Assembly: GCA_036867785.1 (NCBI GenBank)
Contig: CP145409.1
Coordinates: forward strand, 806,001-870,000
Source of the DNA: Plasmodiophora brassicae
Taxonomy: Eukaryota
Reading direction: 5' to 3'
DNA: 64,000 nt
The notes beneath the pieces are model-generated. The model made no database searches. It was given only the letters and a program-made list of their open reading frames with translations, and was not told the DNA's origin. Positions 45,390 to 58,958 of the stretch are shown one piece after another (position 1 is the first letter of the stretch; every line of letters starts with the position of its first letter). The position numbers and the translations under genes are program-made.

Positions 45390-46848
45390 ATGGCTGACGA
45401 CACTATCGTCGATGATTACGTGCTGATCAGGAATGACGTCAAGGCGGTCGTCGACGACGTCGTAGAGCGTATTGTGGCCGCAGGACCAGAGCGGGTTGGA
45501 GAAGAAGCGACCACTGCAAATCGTGATGAGGTCGTAGCAGTCGAGGAGGTTGCTGCGCGTGACCGCAGACCAGCACCTGTTGTTATGGCGGCCGATGAGA
45601 AGCGTGATGGAGTTCAACCAGCTGCCAGGGCTAATACCGACGCACCAGTAACAGCTAGCACGAGCGCGTCGCCGCCGCCGCCGCCTGCCTTTAAAGACGT
45701 TGCTGCGTCGTTCGCCCGCGACTGTGATGGGTTCATTATGTCAGTTCTGGATGACGTTTTCGGGATCTCACTGTCTCTAACAAATATGTAGCGAGGATCC
45801 TACGGTCGCCCAGAATGATCAATCGTTGTCGCCCGAACGAATACGCCGTGACAATTCGCGACTAATGAAATGGACCCACATGCTCAACGACAACATGAAG
45901 GTGTTCAACAAGAACCCGAAAATGGTCCGCCGACGTGTTCGTAAAGGCATTCCCGACGCTGTTCGAGGGTTCGTCTGGAAGAAGCTCGCCGATTGTGAAT
46001 CTGTTCAGAGCAAGGCCCCCAGGAACTACTATCACGCGACGCTGACATTGGAGACGTCCGAATGGGAAGCGCATATCGAGCGTGACATTCACAGGACGTT
46101 CCCCAAACACGTCCTTTTCAGAGAGCATACTGGGTTTGGCCAACACGCTCTGTTCAATGTGCTGAAAGTGTACTCTATTTATGACAAAGAACTCGGGTAC
46201 TGTCAGGGCATGGTGGGTTCTTTGTCGTGCCGGACTACCGACAGTTTCTAAAAATGTGTTCTCGCAGGGCTTCATTGCTGCCATGTTCTTGATGCACATG
46301 GGCGAGGAGGATGTGTTCTGGATGATGGTCAAGATATTGCAAGACGAAGGATACGGGATGCGGTCACTCTTCATCGCCGGGATGCCAATGACTCTGCTTC
46401 GTGTGTACCAGCTAACGAAACTGCTTGAACGACGGGACATGAAACTCGTGCAGCACCTTCGCAAAGAGAACGTCGATATCATGTCCCTCACAATGCAATG
46501 GTTCATCACGAACTTCTGCTACAACCTTCCGTTCCGCGTTCTTCTGCGAATCTGGGATGTGTTCCTCCTAGAGAGATCTCCTAAGATTATCTTCAAGGTC
46601 GCTTTGTATTTCTTCCAGTGCTTACGCGGTAAGGGTATCCGTCTGTCCAGTGAACGGACGCTGCATCTGACGGTAGTGCTCCAGACGAGATTCTCGCTTC
46701 GGAATTCGAGACGATCATGACGTGCATGAAGACGTTCTACGGCACTCTTGATCCCGACACAGTGATGGTGCACGCACTGAAGATCAGGGTCACCACCAGG
46801 GAACTGAAGGACCTAGAAAACGGATACTCTTTGAAAAATGGGGGTTAA
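45390..46848 (+). CDS. TBC-domain Rab GTPase-activating protein
   Basis: RRVRKGIPDAVRGFVW, IERDIHRTFP (R-finger), GYCQGM (Q-finger), QWFIT.F, LRIWDVFL. Confidence 0.93.
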
Positions 46849-47187
46849 ACTGTAATATCGGTTCGCCATCTCATGCCTCGCATTAGCTTGTCGATATGCT
46901 GTGAGCCAGTACGAAACGGTCAAAACAATGAGGTGACGTTGCCCGTATCATTTGACTGCAGCAGCCTTCGATGGGGCAACCCGGCGCCTACGCCGACTCG
47001 AACGTCAATGACGGAACCTTGCCGAAGGCGCTTGCATATCCGCCTGCAGGACCTAGGTACGCATTTACCCCCCAACACACATCGGCTTAGACATAAATAC
47101 AAAGAGACCTGTATTAGGGCGGGCCGGTCTGGAGCGGCAAGTTTGAAAAACTGGTCAGATGCATAGCCAATGACGTATCTTTGGTGA

Positions 47188-47326
47188 GGTACGAGCTGGT
47201 GATCTGAGCATACATGAGAATCACGCAGTTGGAATCGAACAGGAGGCGTGCAAAGCATCGCAGCGATGGTACGAGCAGGTGATCCGAGCATATCTGAGAA
47301 TCACGCAATTTGAATCTAGGAGGTGC
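47188..47326 (+). repeat. Imperfect direct repeat, ~60-bp unit at 80-bp spacing
   Basis: ggtacgagctggtgatctgagcatacatgagaatcacgcagttggaatc (47188) vs ggtacgagcaggtgatccgagcatatctgagaatcacgcaatttgaatc (47268). Confidence 0.9.
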
Positions 47327-47395
47327 CTGCTGAGGCATCCCAGCGAAGGCGGGGGCGGTTCTTGCTGGCCTGTGCAACGGTGTAGGTCGCCGCGG

Positions 47396-49004
47396 ATGCT
47401 GGCCGTGGGGCTTGGAGCGGTAGTCGTCTGGGGATGCATTCTGGCATTGCACCTGGTCTACATGCCAGGAGCCCTCTTCCTCTACTGGACCCGTCAAACT
47501 ATGGTACAGTACTATTGCCTTTTCAAACGTACGAAACGCGGCCTAATAGGTATGGTGATGCGGTCAGGATCCGGTTCGCAATGGAGGCCGCACTGGCTTA
47601 CTGTTCACCATCAATGTCATCTTGTTCGCCTTTGTTCTGACAACGATTGCTGAGAACCTCGTTCCCGAGTACATCGGGTATGGCATCTTCGACGTGTTCC
47701 ATATGGGGTCCCTGGGCCTCTTCATTGATCTACTCGTTGTCTATGGTAGGGTCCCTCACACGTTTTATTGAGCTAGGAGCATTGGTTTTCCCTAGCTGAT
47801 CGCTGTTCCTTACAGTTGGCTCACTATATGTCAGCTTCAACCTGGTTCGAGACAAGCTTCAGCTGGCGTCATCATCCCAACCGAATGACGTCGCGGTCTC
47901 CAGTCTGATTCGTCGCGCTAAGTTTCTCCTGTCCCGCCAGGCCGCCATCATGTACGTCACCGTACAGAGCGCCCTCCTTCTCCTGCTACAGATCCTGTTC
48001 CTCGCGTTCGAGCCTCAACTGTGGACCCTGACAGTGTACGAAGCGGAAGTGGACCCGAACACTCGCATCTATCCGAATACCGACTTCCAATGGATGCGAT
48101 ACGCCGCTGTGTTCAAGGTCGGTGCTAGCCTCTGCATTCTGGCCTGGCTGGCAATGAAATTGCGCCTGCTCAATGATGGCCTTGGAATCAAACGCACGTT
48201 GATCCGTGTCGCCTACTTCCTGGCGAGCATGTTTATCGGATACCTGCTGTTTGGTGACATCCTGGAGAAGGCCACACACTACGAGTACGGCCTGATTTAC
48301 ATGTGGGTTGTGGCCATGGCCGATGGCGTCTTCTTCGTGTAAGCGACGACCTCAATGTCAAACATTAACGGAATTAATCATTGCACACACATAGGTCGAT
48401 CACCGAACCAGTCCTGCGTTCGTACCTGCAGAAGCAGGTCGGCGATGTCGGCGAAGGAACTCTCCTGGAACAGTTCCTGCGTCGCCCCGACCGCCTGTTG
48501 CTCTTCAAGTCGTTCTTGGAGAGCGTCTTTGCCGTAGAGAGTCTGCTCTTCTGGGCCGACGTCAATGACTTCCGATCAGACTTCAAATCGAAGACAATCG
48601 ATGATGCCATCGCCCTGTACCGTAAGTACCTGGCACCCGACGCGCCGCTGGAAGTCAATTTGCCCAGCAAGGACCTGCGGTTCTTCCGGGACCTGTTCAG
48701 CGCTGGCCATGAGGAGGAACTTCAAAAGCATTTCAACGAAACCATGTTTGACAACAGCGCCAAGCAGCTCATTGTTCTGCTCGAGGTCAACTTTGTCGAC
48801 CTGTTCCGTTCGGGGGCAGGCCGGACGGCCTGGTGCCAATTTCAGGACGAGGTCAACGAGCAGAATATCATCCTGAATACGAACGGCTCGCGATCGCAGC
48901 GAGTCATCGACCGGTCCAGTGATCAATCGACGGGGGCGTCGCCGTCGACGGTCGGCGGTTCTGCACGCCCCGTTCTGCTGACCAGCGTTGAAGCGCGAAC
49001 GTGA
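47396..49004 (+). CDS. 7TM-RGS protein (multi-pass membrane region fused to an RGS domain)
   Basis: Several hydrophobic helices, DGLGIK; RGS: FKSFL...FAVESLLFW..V..F, Y.KYL.P.APLEVNL, FD.....I..LLE.N. Confidence 0.87.
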
Positions 49005-49139
49005 TTGTCGCACTGCACTGCGTGCCCAGACACTCGCCGTACCTGTTCCAGTTATTTGCACTGCATGCGTGAAGGAAGCACGCCACGTTGTTCTGACGTC
49101 GGCCAGGTCCCTCAATAAACACGTCTGTTACGTCAGGCC

Positions 49140-52100
49140 TCAGAGGAACACAGCCGATGACGGTGAAAGGCTGCCCACTTGTACTTCAACACTTCTGCCA
49201 TCGAAGAATCGCCGACTTGAAGGTCGGCGCCCTTGCCTGAGGCGGTCATCAACCGCTGCGACCATGTGCGCATTTGGATGGAATCGCCGCTGCTCTGGCG
49301 ATTCGCTGCGGTGGCCGCAGTGGGCTACTGCTCACCATTCGTGATGTTCTGACCGACTTTCTTACGACAACAATCACTGGGAACCTCATCACTGAGAACA
49401 ATGAACATAGCATCTGTGACCAGTCCCGCATGGAGAATTTCGTGCAATCCCCAGATCCGGCAGTGAACCTCGTTATCAAAGCTATGAACGCCGAAGAAGG
49501 AGGCCACTCTGGAAACGCGAGAATTCATGTAATATTAGCAAACTGATACCCTCATATATGTCCAATTGCTTTCCACAAGTTTTGTCCCTCATCGTCGACA
49601 AGAATACAGGTAAGCGCCACAGGTTTATCCTGGAAGTAGACGGCGACTGAATTCATCTGTGCCAACTCCAATCCGATCGACATTCCGTGTCGGTCCAGCA
49701 GACCGATGTCCGCCTGTCCGCAACAATGTCATATTCCAATCGGGTCACATGTAGGCATACACGTAATCAAATTACCTGAACGTCGAAGTTCTCGATGCCG
49801 TTAGCGACAGTAATGGCGAGCTCATGTGACGGAATTTGGAAACAACCTTCCACACAACAGTATGGACAGCAAGGCACCCTGTGAAGCCTGAGTTCAGGTG
49901 ATTACCGTACTGCTGGATTGCACGTACCCAAGAACGTCGTCGTTGAAGCGGCACGTCCTTTGACACTTCGTATACCGATAATGGCTGGCGACCTGTAGTG
50001 TCACACGACAGATAAGCTCATGAGCGGGAAACAATCACGCAGCAGTATCGTACGTGAGTGACAGCTTTTATCCGTCCCGTTAACTCCAACACTACATGGG
50101 GTTGGAAACGAAGCGATGGCACAGTTGACCTGTCGGGTCGTCGAGTCATCACCGGTATATCTGTATCCGGTGAAACGACGATACTGCTAAGGTCATCTAA
50201 TGTCATCTCAATGACATGATTGTCCAGCCGCTGCACACAGAGGTCTTGGCAGATCACGGGCGACCCCCGCTCCCGCAAGAGGGCGGCAGACTGTTCCCTG
50301 AGGTCGCCCCTCAAGGTGATGGCGCACGAACCCGTTTCGAAATCACTCAGGGAACCATCACTGACGAATATACGCTCAACGATACCGGGCGACTTTGCTG
50401 CGACGATACACACGACCCACACAGCGCAAGAATGTCGGCGGACCTCGGAGGAGCGGCTGGTCGCGTTCAGAATGTCAGCGAGCGCTTCGATGACAGGAGG
50501 CCGGTAGCAAGTTGGCAAGGACGCTGAACTCTGCGGTATGGCAGATGAAACACCGTTGACAAACTCGAAGACTGGAATGTCGTGGCACGTGTCATCAAAC
50601 AGTAGAGCGAACGAAGTGCAGTCTCTGTGCTTCAACTCGGGCGGTGGACGTCTTTGTAATCGCTGGAATTCTAGGCAATCACCCTGGCTCCTGCGTACCT
50701 GCGCCTCCAATTCCGCACCGAATTCAACCTCGAACAAAGATGACGACTCCTGATCTTGCACGAGTAAAGACAGGCACCTACAGCCTATACATACACGTGT
50801 CAGAACCAGCCCGTCCGCTTCTAGTATGAATGATCAGCGTACGCAGAATGGGCGAGGCGTGATTTCCGCATCCTCGAACAATAACGCGCTGAATGATGCC
50901 GCACAGAGAAGCCGAATTGATGTCGGTTGAGGTAGCAGGCGCCGTTTCAGGACGAGGTGCAGACACTTGGCTAGTATTAGGGCACGGGGCATTCCGGCTG
51001 ATATCGGCTTCCTGCAGCTGCAACAACGGAATTGCCAAATCGTCTGACTCTGGGACAACTCGAAAGTCGGCGACGAGAAGGATTGGACGAGGCCACGATG
51101 GTATTGAAAGCTCAATCTCTCGTCCACTCGTTGCGATAACGCTGCCGGTCTGTAGGGCATTGGTGCACCAAACATCGTCACAAATGAGGACGTCGGCGAA
51201 CAGAACATCAGAGGAACCAACGACATTGACAAGACTCACGCAGCAGTGCAGATCGAATCGAGAATCAAAGTCGTGTCGACGCAAGTGGCACACACGGAAG
51301 GCGTTGCTCCTGGAAGGTCTCGAACCCATGTCGGTAAAACAAGTTGGCTGGGGCAATGACAATCGGCGGGAGATGGACCGAAATCGCAAGCTGAGCTGCC
51401 CCAAAGAACGTCGACGTTTGAGTCCTGATCCAACGTCTGGTCGTCGTTGTTGGGAAGTTGGAGATGACACCGCGAGATCGTCATGACTTAGCCACCGAGG
51501 CAGCTTTGGAGATGGCGACGAGGGTACTGGCTCCCCCTCGTTATTGCGTGTAAGAGACTCGATCGACTCACGTTCGTGGGCGACAGACCGGGAAATTTGA
51601 GCAGTAATCCTCTCAGGGTTCTGTTGACGATTACCTGGCGGAGGGACGATGTCTTCGGCAAGCCTTTCATCGTCAGCGGTTCGTCTGCGGCCTCCCCCAA
51701 GCTTCACTGGTGTCTGTGCAGAAGACGAGTCATCGAACTCAAACGCCAACTGCCTAGACAAGGGCGTGTGCGAAGATGATTGAGTGGATCCAGGTTCCAG
51801 TGGCGGGTCTCGCGTGGGGCTTGGCGTCGCAGATGGCAGGATATCATCCGTCCAGCGCTTCGACGTCGGCGCCGCCGCACGAGTCTGACGGGCGCCCGAC
51901 AGCTGACGAACCAGTTGGGATGACTGGCTTGTCATAGACAGAACTCGACTGGCACGCCCCGACGCTACACGAGGCGTCGGCGACAACGTTGCACGGGACC
52001 CTGCACGTCGACGGACAGCGCGTCGAGGCGGCGGCGGTGGCGGCGACGATATCTCCCCGACCCATGACGGGCACTGCACCGCCATCTGCATCTGGCGCTG

Positions 52101-52169
52101 CGGGACCCAAACAGCCTCCTCCTCATCCTCCTCCTCCTCGTGGCCGTCCTCCTCCCAACCATCATTCAT
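49140..52169 (-). CDS. Large multi-exon protein, possible SPIDR-like OB-fold scaffold
   Basis: Disordered acidic N-terminus, then LSIPSWPRPILLVADF, LCGIIQRVI, VQDQ..S.FEV; 3' exons and stop uncertain. Confidence 0.55.
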
Positions 52170-52446
52170 GATGGCTGCAAAATGGGCGCGCCTGATCGCT
52201 CCGACTACCGTATCCAGTGCCTACACGGGCAGCACTGCAGCACCCAGCGCTGCCGAGTGATTTGCGAAACCGTTTGGCACGAGGTTCTATTCCAGCCGGG
52301 ACCCGCCGGGTCGACCTGTGCTGATCGCGATAAACGATTCCTGGCGTGCGGGGATGTCTGTCGAGCGAGTTGGCTCGGAACGAGTCGCCGTGGAACACGC
52401 CGCCGACTGCGCGCCCGACGGGGATGCTCCGTGGCCATTGGTGTCG

Positions 52447-54341
52447 ATGGTCACGGAGGATGACGTACAACCGTACCAGGTCGACGATGCCGTGCGTCGT
52501 CATCGACAGGAAGAGATCGAACGGAAGCGACAGCGTTTAGCAGAGTTGCGTCGCCAGAGGCAGCAGCGTCGCGACGGGAGGACTGGGCTAACGGCGGCGT
52601 CGTTTCAAATTCCTGGGCGGCCGTCCAGCCCCTCGCACATACTTGCTGAAGTCGATCGCATGCTGGCGTCGTTTGGGGCTGCAGATGAAGGTCTACTGGT
52701 GGCACAGTGTCCAACGCCCTCCCCATCATCAAACGTGGCCGCGATTGCTGTGCAGACGGATCTAAGCGACGACGATCGATCCCGGGCAGCAAGCCCCGCC
52801 GTAATAACGTACGACAAGACGATTCAGACGGATGTTGTAGAAGAGCACATTCCCGAACCCGTTACTTTGGCCGATGATACCATCGATGGCGCTCCGCATC
52901 AACAAGTTTCGGATGAAGCTCATGCTGAGAGTGCTGCAGAACCTGTTGCTGTTGGCGATCTTGCCGCTAACGACGATTTTGCCTCGTTTGTAACTAGAGC
53001 GTCTACCCTTATTGATCGCGAACTGGATGAGCCCGCGTTTAGGGCTGCTACACCGAAATACCTCGATGACGATGACGAAGATGAGCGGTAAGCTGCGTAG
53101 CAGTAATCCCAAGGTTCCCCGAAGGCTAAGTCCTTTCTAGTGAAAGTTGTCGCGGTGGCGCTCTCGTTAAGTCGAAGACGCAATTCAGTTTGAACGACTC
53201 TACTGAAAACCATCCGGTATCGTCATTGGACTCTTCCAGCAAGGTGAGCAATACCAGTCACGTTTCGAACTATCGCAAATTGACGTTGTGGTTCCAGCAC
53301 CCCGAGCTGATCCTTGCGTCATACGCTCGCGAAGACACCCAAGACTCGGTCCTCATTTGGTCGTTGCATTCCCCGTCCGTTCCTCTGTCGCGATTCCAAT
53401 GCCAGAGCACGGTTCTTTGCGCCAAGTTCTATCCGTCAAATTCCCATCTCGTCGTAGGGTCCACTCGGTGTGGGCAGATTGTGGTCTGGGATCGTCGAAC
53501 GGGAAAGCACTGGCCAGTCAGCTCTACTACGATGTCGCATGGCCATGTACATCCTGTTTACGACCTGGCGATGACGCCTATGAATTCCTTGGTGTCTGCG
53601 TCCACTGATGGTCGTCTGTGTGTGTGGACGGATAAGGTCCTGAAGGTCCCAGCGATTGAGCGTGACGTGTCAACGGGTTCATCCTCCGCGTCGTCTAAAG
53701 GGGATAGTCTGTTCATGCCGACCTGCCTCGGGCTATCTGCTGTCAATCACAATTTGGTGCACTTCGGCTCAGAAAACGGATCCGTTTACAAATCTGTTCT
53801 GCAAGCCGAAACTGGTGAGAAAGTCGCGTTGGATTCGTTTCCGGCCCACCCTGGGTTCCCGGTGACATCGTTACGATTTCATCCCGCGCAACGGCACGTG
53901 CCACAGTGTCTCTTTGATTTGTATCTAACATCATCAGTCGACTGGACAATTGCGCTTTGGTCTGTCAAGCAGAAACGTGGTCCAGCGATCCTGACGTTCC
54001 AAGCTGAGGACTCTGTCACCGACGCTGACTGGTCGCCCGTTCATCCATCGCTCTTTGCGTCTGTCGACGAAAGCGGCTCGCTCGATCTCTGGCAGCTATC
54101 AGCCAGCACTGATGTCCCTGCCTGGCAAGGCCCGGTAACCAACAACAACACCGCCGCCACTCGCCTTTCCTGGTCTGCAGACGGTCGTCGAATTTCAATT
54201 GGGGACACATCCGGAACCGTCTCCGTCGTCGACGTATCCTGCGAACTCGCCAGACCCACTCAGCAGGACGGTCCCGCCCTTGCCAGTATCGTCCAGCAGG
54301 CAGTATCCAGGAACGCTGCCGACGAGGCTATCGACAGATAA
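52447..54341 (+). CDS. Cytoplasmic dynein intermediate chain (WD40)
   Basis: EEIERKRQRLAELRRQR N-terminal helix, light-chain sites AVQTD and YDKTIQTD, HPELILASY, H.HPVY, TSSVDWTIALW, WSPVHPSLFA; start 52447 or 52354. Confidence 0.9.
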
Positions 54342-54502
54342 AACGCTTCATGAATCGATGCCGTTCTACTATGCCTCCTCATTCCGACACGGCCAGGTGC
54401 AGACCGTGCTGTGTGTCTTAATGTACTACCTACATAAGCAGGGGGTACTGCAGTAGCGGTTGCAGTGCGGTGTCCGTCGTGCAGTCTGTATTGTACGTAC
54501 CA

Positions 54503-56090
54503 ATGATGATGATCCGTGGACTACATCGTCGTTGGGGGCGTCGCCTCCTCCAAGTCGATGCGCGCATCGCCGCCCCGCAGCCATCGCCATCGGCCATCGA
54601 CATGACTCCGGAACAGGTTTGACGATAGGGTCCTGCTGCCTTCTGCGGTTGTAAAGGCAGCTGATCCCGAGCCTGTTGTAGATCGTTGGGGAGCTCGATC
54701 GGCATATCATCGGGCAGAAGCAGGCGAAGCGCGCCGTTGCGATTGCGTTACGTGAGCGATGGCGTCGTCAGCAATTGCAGCCGTCGATGCAGAAGGAGGT
54801 GTACCCGTCGAACATCCTCATGATCGGTCCTACAGGGTCCGGTAAGACGGAAACGGCGCGTCGCTTGGCGCAACTCGTCTGTGCCCCCTTCGTCAAGGTC
54901 GAGGCGACTCGTTATACGGAAGTCGGCGTCTACGGAACGGATACCGACACGATGGTCAACGACCTCGTCGAGGCGTCCATTCGCCTGCACCGGCAACGTC
55001 GCGAGCGTGAAATGGCGGCCGACATCGAGGCGGCCGTCGAGAACACGTTAGTGGACGCCCTGTTGGATGCAGAAGCCGGCCCCGATCGGGACTCTGTTCG
55101 ATCCTTGCTGCAGTCGGGCCAACTCGAAGATGAAATGGTCAGTGTCAAAGTGGCTGATCAAGGCGAGCAGTCGGGAAGCCCCCTGGAAGGGTTGCTCAAG
55201 TCGGTCGCATCCATGGCTAAATCTGGCCGGGCCCCTCCTGGCAGGAGACCGGGCGTAACGATGATGGTCGACATGACCGAACGGCTTGTAAACTCGAGGA
55301 TGAAAGCCCCTGCCGAGCCAAAGAAAATGCCTGTACGGGAGGCGCGCGAGGCACTTCGTCGTACAGAGCAACAGCGCCTTCTACCAGATGACGAGCTTGT
55401 TAAGCGCGCCATTGCCGATGCCGAAGAGAATGGCATTATCTTCCTCGACGAGATTGACAAGATTGTTGACACTCGAGACAATCTCGAGGGTAGCCGACGA
55501 TCGGTAATCGTTGCCTGACCAACCAGCGCTTCCTGCGCAACCTACTGATGCGAGTGTTTGCGATGTAGCTGAAAGGCGAAGGTGTGCAGAAAGAGCTACT
55601 GCCGATCATCGAGGGGACAGTCGTGAAAACCGATCACGGTCCTGTTCGTACGGACCACATTCTGTTCGTCGCGTCAGGCGCGTTCTCGAAGTCGAAACCG
55701 TCTGATCTTCTACCTGAACTGCAAGGACGTCTTCCTATACGTGTTCAGCTGGAGCCCCTCACTGCAGACGACTTCAAGCGAATCCTGACCGAGACTGAGT
55801 TCAACCTGATCGAGCAGCATCGTGCGATGCTCGCAACGGAAAACATTACGCTCGGCTTCACTGAAGATGGCGTCAGCGAGATCGCATCTGTCTGCTTCAC
55901 AATTAACCAGAGCGTTGAGAATATCGGCGCCCGCCGGCTGCGGACCGTTCTGGCGAAAGTCTTGGAACAGATCAGCTTTTCGGCCGCGTCCACTCCTGAC
56001 AACACCACCGTCATCGTCGATGCCAACTACGTTCGCGACGCAATGAAAGACGTGAAGAAGGCGAACGACCTCAGCAAGTTTATCCTTTGA
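54503..56090 (+). CDS. hslU: Mitochondrial HslU (ClpY) ATPase subunit of the HslUV protease
   Basis: Arg-rich presequence [84 protein letters not shown]-stop. Confidence 0.95.
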
Positions 56091-56169
56091 GAGAGGGCAT
56101 TCGTCAACTCGTTAATTGTATACACCAGCAGTACAGCGCGCCTTTCTGATTAAGTGCCCATTAACATAT

Positions 56170-57199
56170 TTACTGCCATACTCTTATGGTACCATCGGTG
56201 CCAGCAGAAACCATCTCAGTCGCGGTCGGGTGGACGACGAGCCGCGCAGCAACGCCCTGGTGGGCTTTCAGGCGTCGCACGAGATCGCCCGACACGAGGT
56301 CCCAGCAGCGGATGACACCATCCTCCCCACCGCTGACGACGAAAGCATCGTCACGTGAAAACCGAGCATCGACCTGGCAACTGACACTAATCTTGCCTTG
56401 CGAATCGCTGTACTCGTTGAGGAGCTCGCCGTTCGACCGATCTATCAACCGAACGCCATGCCCGCCCAGTATCGACAGCAACAGGCAGTTGTCGTCCGAA
56501 GATACGGCCAGCGACGTAATCGCTTCCCCCATGTGATCGGTCGTGATCCGGCCACCTCTCAGGTCATAGGCACGGACGCACCCATCGACACTGCTGACAA
56601 TGATTTCTGATGAGCGCGCGACGATGCCGCTGACACTGTCGCGAGCCTCCTTGAATACATGGATAGGGTCACGCGACAGAGACCTTAGATCCCTGCGTAC
56701 ACGACGGTCAGACTCGTACAAAGACCACGTATTGTCGGTAGCCCGGTACCATGCACAGACAGTTCTGTCATACGATCCTGAAAACAAGACGCTCGCGTCT
56801 GCGTTGAATGCAACGACGTTGACGCGTTGTTCATGCTTCGAGTAGCGTTTCAAGACGCGCCCGGACGCAACATCCGTAACGAACACGGTGCGGTCACCAC
56901 CGCACGATGCGAACTTCGCATTATCGAACGCGCACGCGATATCACGTATCTCATAGCCGTGCGTGCCTTGGTACTGCTTAATCTGAGTCCCTTTCCTGGG
57001 ATTCCACAATCGCACCGTCTTGTCGTGCCCGCCAGAAAGCGCATACTGCCCGTCGGAATTGTACGCCAGCGCTAGCACGGCGCCCTGCAAGCCCCATTAG
57101 TGACGTGGGCGTTCAGGAAGCGCCGCATACGACGACCTGATGCGCCGGGAGAGTCGATGCCAGGCCGGCCGGCAGTGATGATACATCGGGATCTGGCAT
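56170..57199 (-). CDS. WDR83: WD repeat protein 83 (MORG1)
   Basis: HQ/GAVLALAYNSDGQYALSGG.DKTVRLWNP, HGYE..D....DN..FASCGGDR, EARDSV, SVDG.VR.YDLR.G, GELLNEY. Confidence 0.9.
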
Positions 57200-57445
57200 C
57201 GCGACCTGCCACGCAGGTTTACTCCGAGCTGCAGTGCGGGCCACGGGCTTTAGGGTTGGGCCAGGCTCACCGGACGATGCTGGTTTCGTTTCCCCAGTGT
57301 TGCAGGGACTGCGGCAGTCTCAGAAGTCGATCAGGTTGCCCCGCGTGATTTGGGTACGGTCGCTGCTGGAAAATCTCGGAAGGGATCGTTCGTGTACACA
57401 TGAAGAGGGGGACGACCGTCATTTTGCTTGTCGTGAGGAGGAGCG

Positions 57446-58958
57446 ATGATGGGCGTGATCGCGCTATCGCACCTTGCCCCGTTCTCGTACATCAACCGCG
57501 GCACATTGACCTTCTTCGCTCTGGCATGGACGGTGATGCACATCCTTAGTACCAACAAGGGATTCGGCAAGATCAACATGTTCAACGCCAAGTACCGCAA
57601 CATCCGCTCATGCATTGCCTGGCTCACGATCCTGGCCCTGATCTTCTGCCTGATTTACGACATCATGAACACCTACGTCAAGTACCGGGAAGGTGACTCG
57701 TAGCTCGCCCTTTACCTGGCGGTACGTTAACCTGTGTGTACGTAGGCTTTCTGATTACAAGCAGGCTCCCGAATGGCAACGTGTTTGTCAAGCCGTCAGT
57801 CACCATCTTTGGCGCATCGCTGTCCTGCATCGTTGGTAAACGAGTGTGCAGGGCCGTGCCAACTCAGTGGTCCGCTGGAGACCTGGCGCTGCTCCCAACG
57901 ATGACCGAGCTGGTACCGATTGGCGAGTCCTTCGACAAGCGTCGTCTGACTTGTCCGTATCAGTTGAACCTGGCCTTTACTACGAAGAGCAGTGCCCACT
58001 TCCTGGGCCTGGCGTTCTGGTCGACAATGGCTAAGAAGAATTTCGGTAGCAGTGTGTTGCCTGTGGAGCGAACATATGACTGACGCCATTGGCGGTAGGC
58101 GCAACGTTCGGTTCGAGCACCGAGTTCATGGCCTACAAGGCCTACTCAGTGGTTTCCATTATTCTGTACCCGATTGCAGAGTTCACCGCCCCAACCGAGA
58201 CTCTGTTTGCCACTGACGCTCCAAGCCATGTCGAGCGAGGCTGATCAAATGGCAGGTCGATCATTGAGCCTCAGCTGGTGTACGCCTGCGAGAATGTCGT
58301 CGTTATGGTCCTCATTCTCGCCGTCAATCACCGTCTGGTTGGCCTTCTGGTAAGTAACGCGCATCAGCTCTCCTTTGAGAATAACTTTGGTCGTGACGGA
58401 CCGTCCTGCTGGTGCAGAAATCGTCGTCATTGTCGTTCGACATCCAGAACCGGATGAAGTTCTACATCGCGGTGAACCGCGCCCAGTTCTTCTTCGTCCT
58501 GCTCGAGTTCCTCGGCCTGGGCAGCATCAACATTGACCAGGCCAGCAAGTCCAACCTGGTGTACGCCAGTCCATTCTGGACCGACTTCGTATGCCTTGCA
58601 ATGCGAATTGCCGTTATTGTTCTGTGTGCTGACATCCGTTTCGATGTGTCCAGTGCACCCACTTCTTCGACATCGGTCAGCGGCACAAATCGATTCGCTT
58701 CGTACGGCTGCGTTCATATGCTGTATAGGGTTCCCCATGGCGTGTGTCACGTTGATCATCGCCATCTTCCCGAACTTCAATGACCGTCACGAGCAGCAGA
58801 GCGGCGGCCGTGGCACTCAGGACACGGGCACGCGTACTCTTGGGCAAACGGCGCAGCCAGCAAGGAAGGAGGGTGGCGTCGTGGCTCTTCCCAGTTCGGG
58901 AAACCTGTCGGGTGCAAACGATGCAGCCAAGCAGGCCGCAACGACTGCTTCTGTTTGA
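57446..58958 (+). CDS. Uncharacterised multi-pass (about 7TM) membrane protein, paralog 1
   Basis: Multiple short exons with hydrophobic helices (YDIMNTYVKYREG, EFMAYKAYS, FWTDF); exons near-identical to paralog 2 while introns are diverged. Confidence 0.85.
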
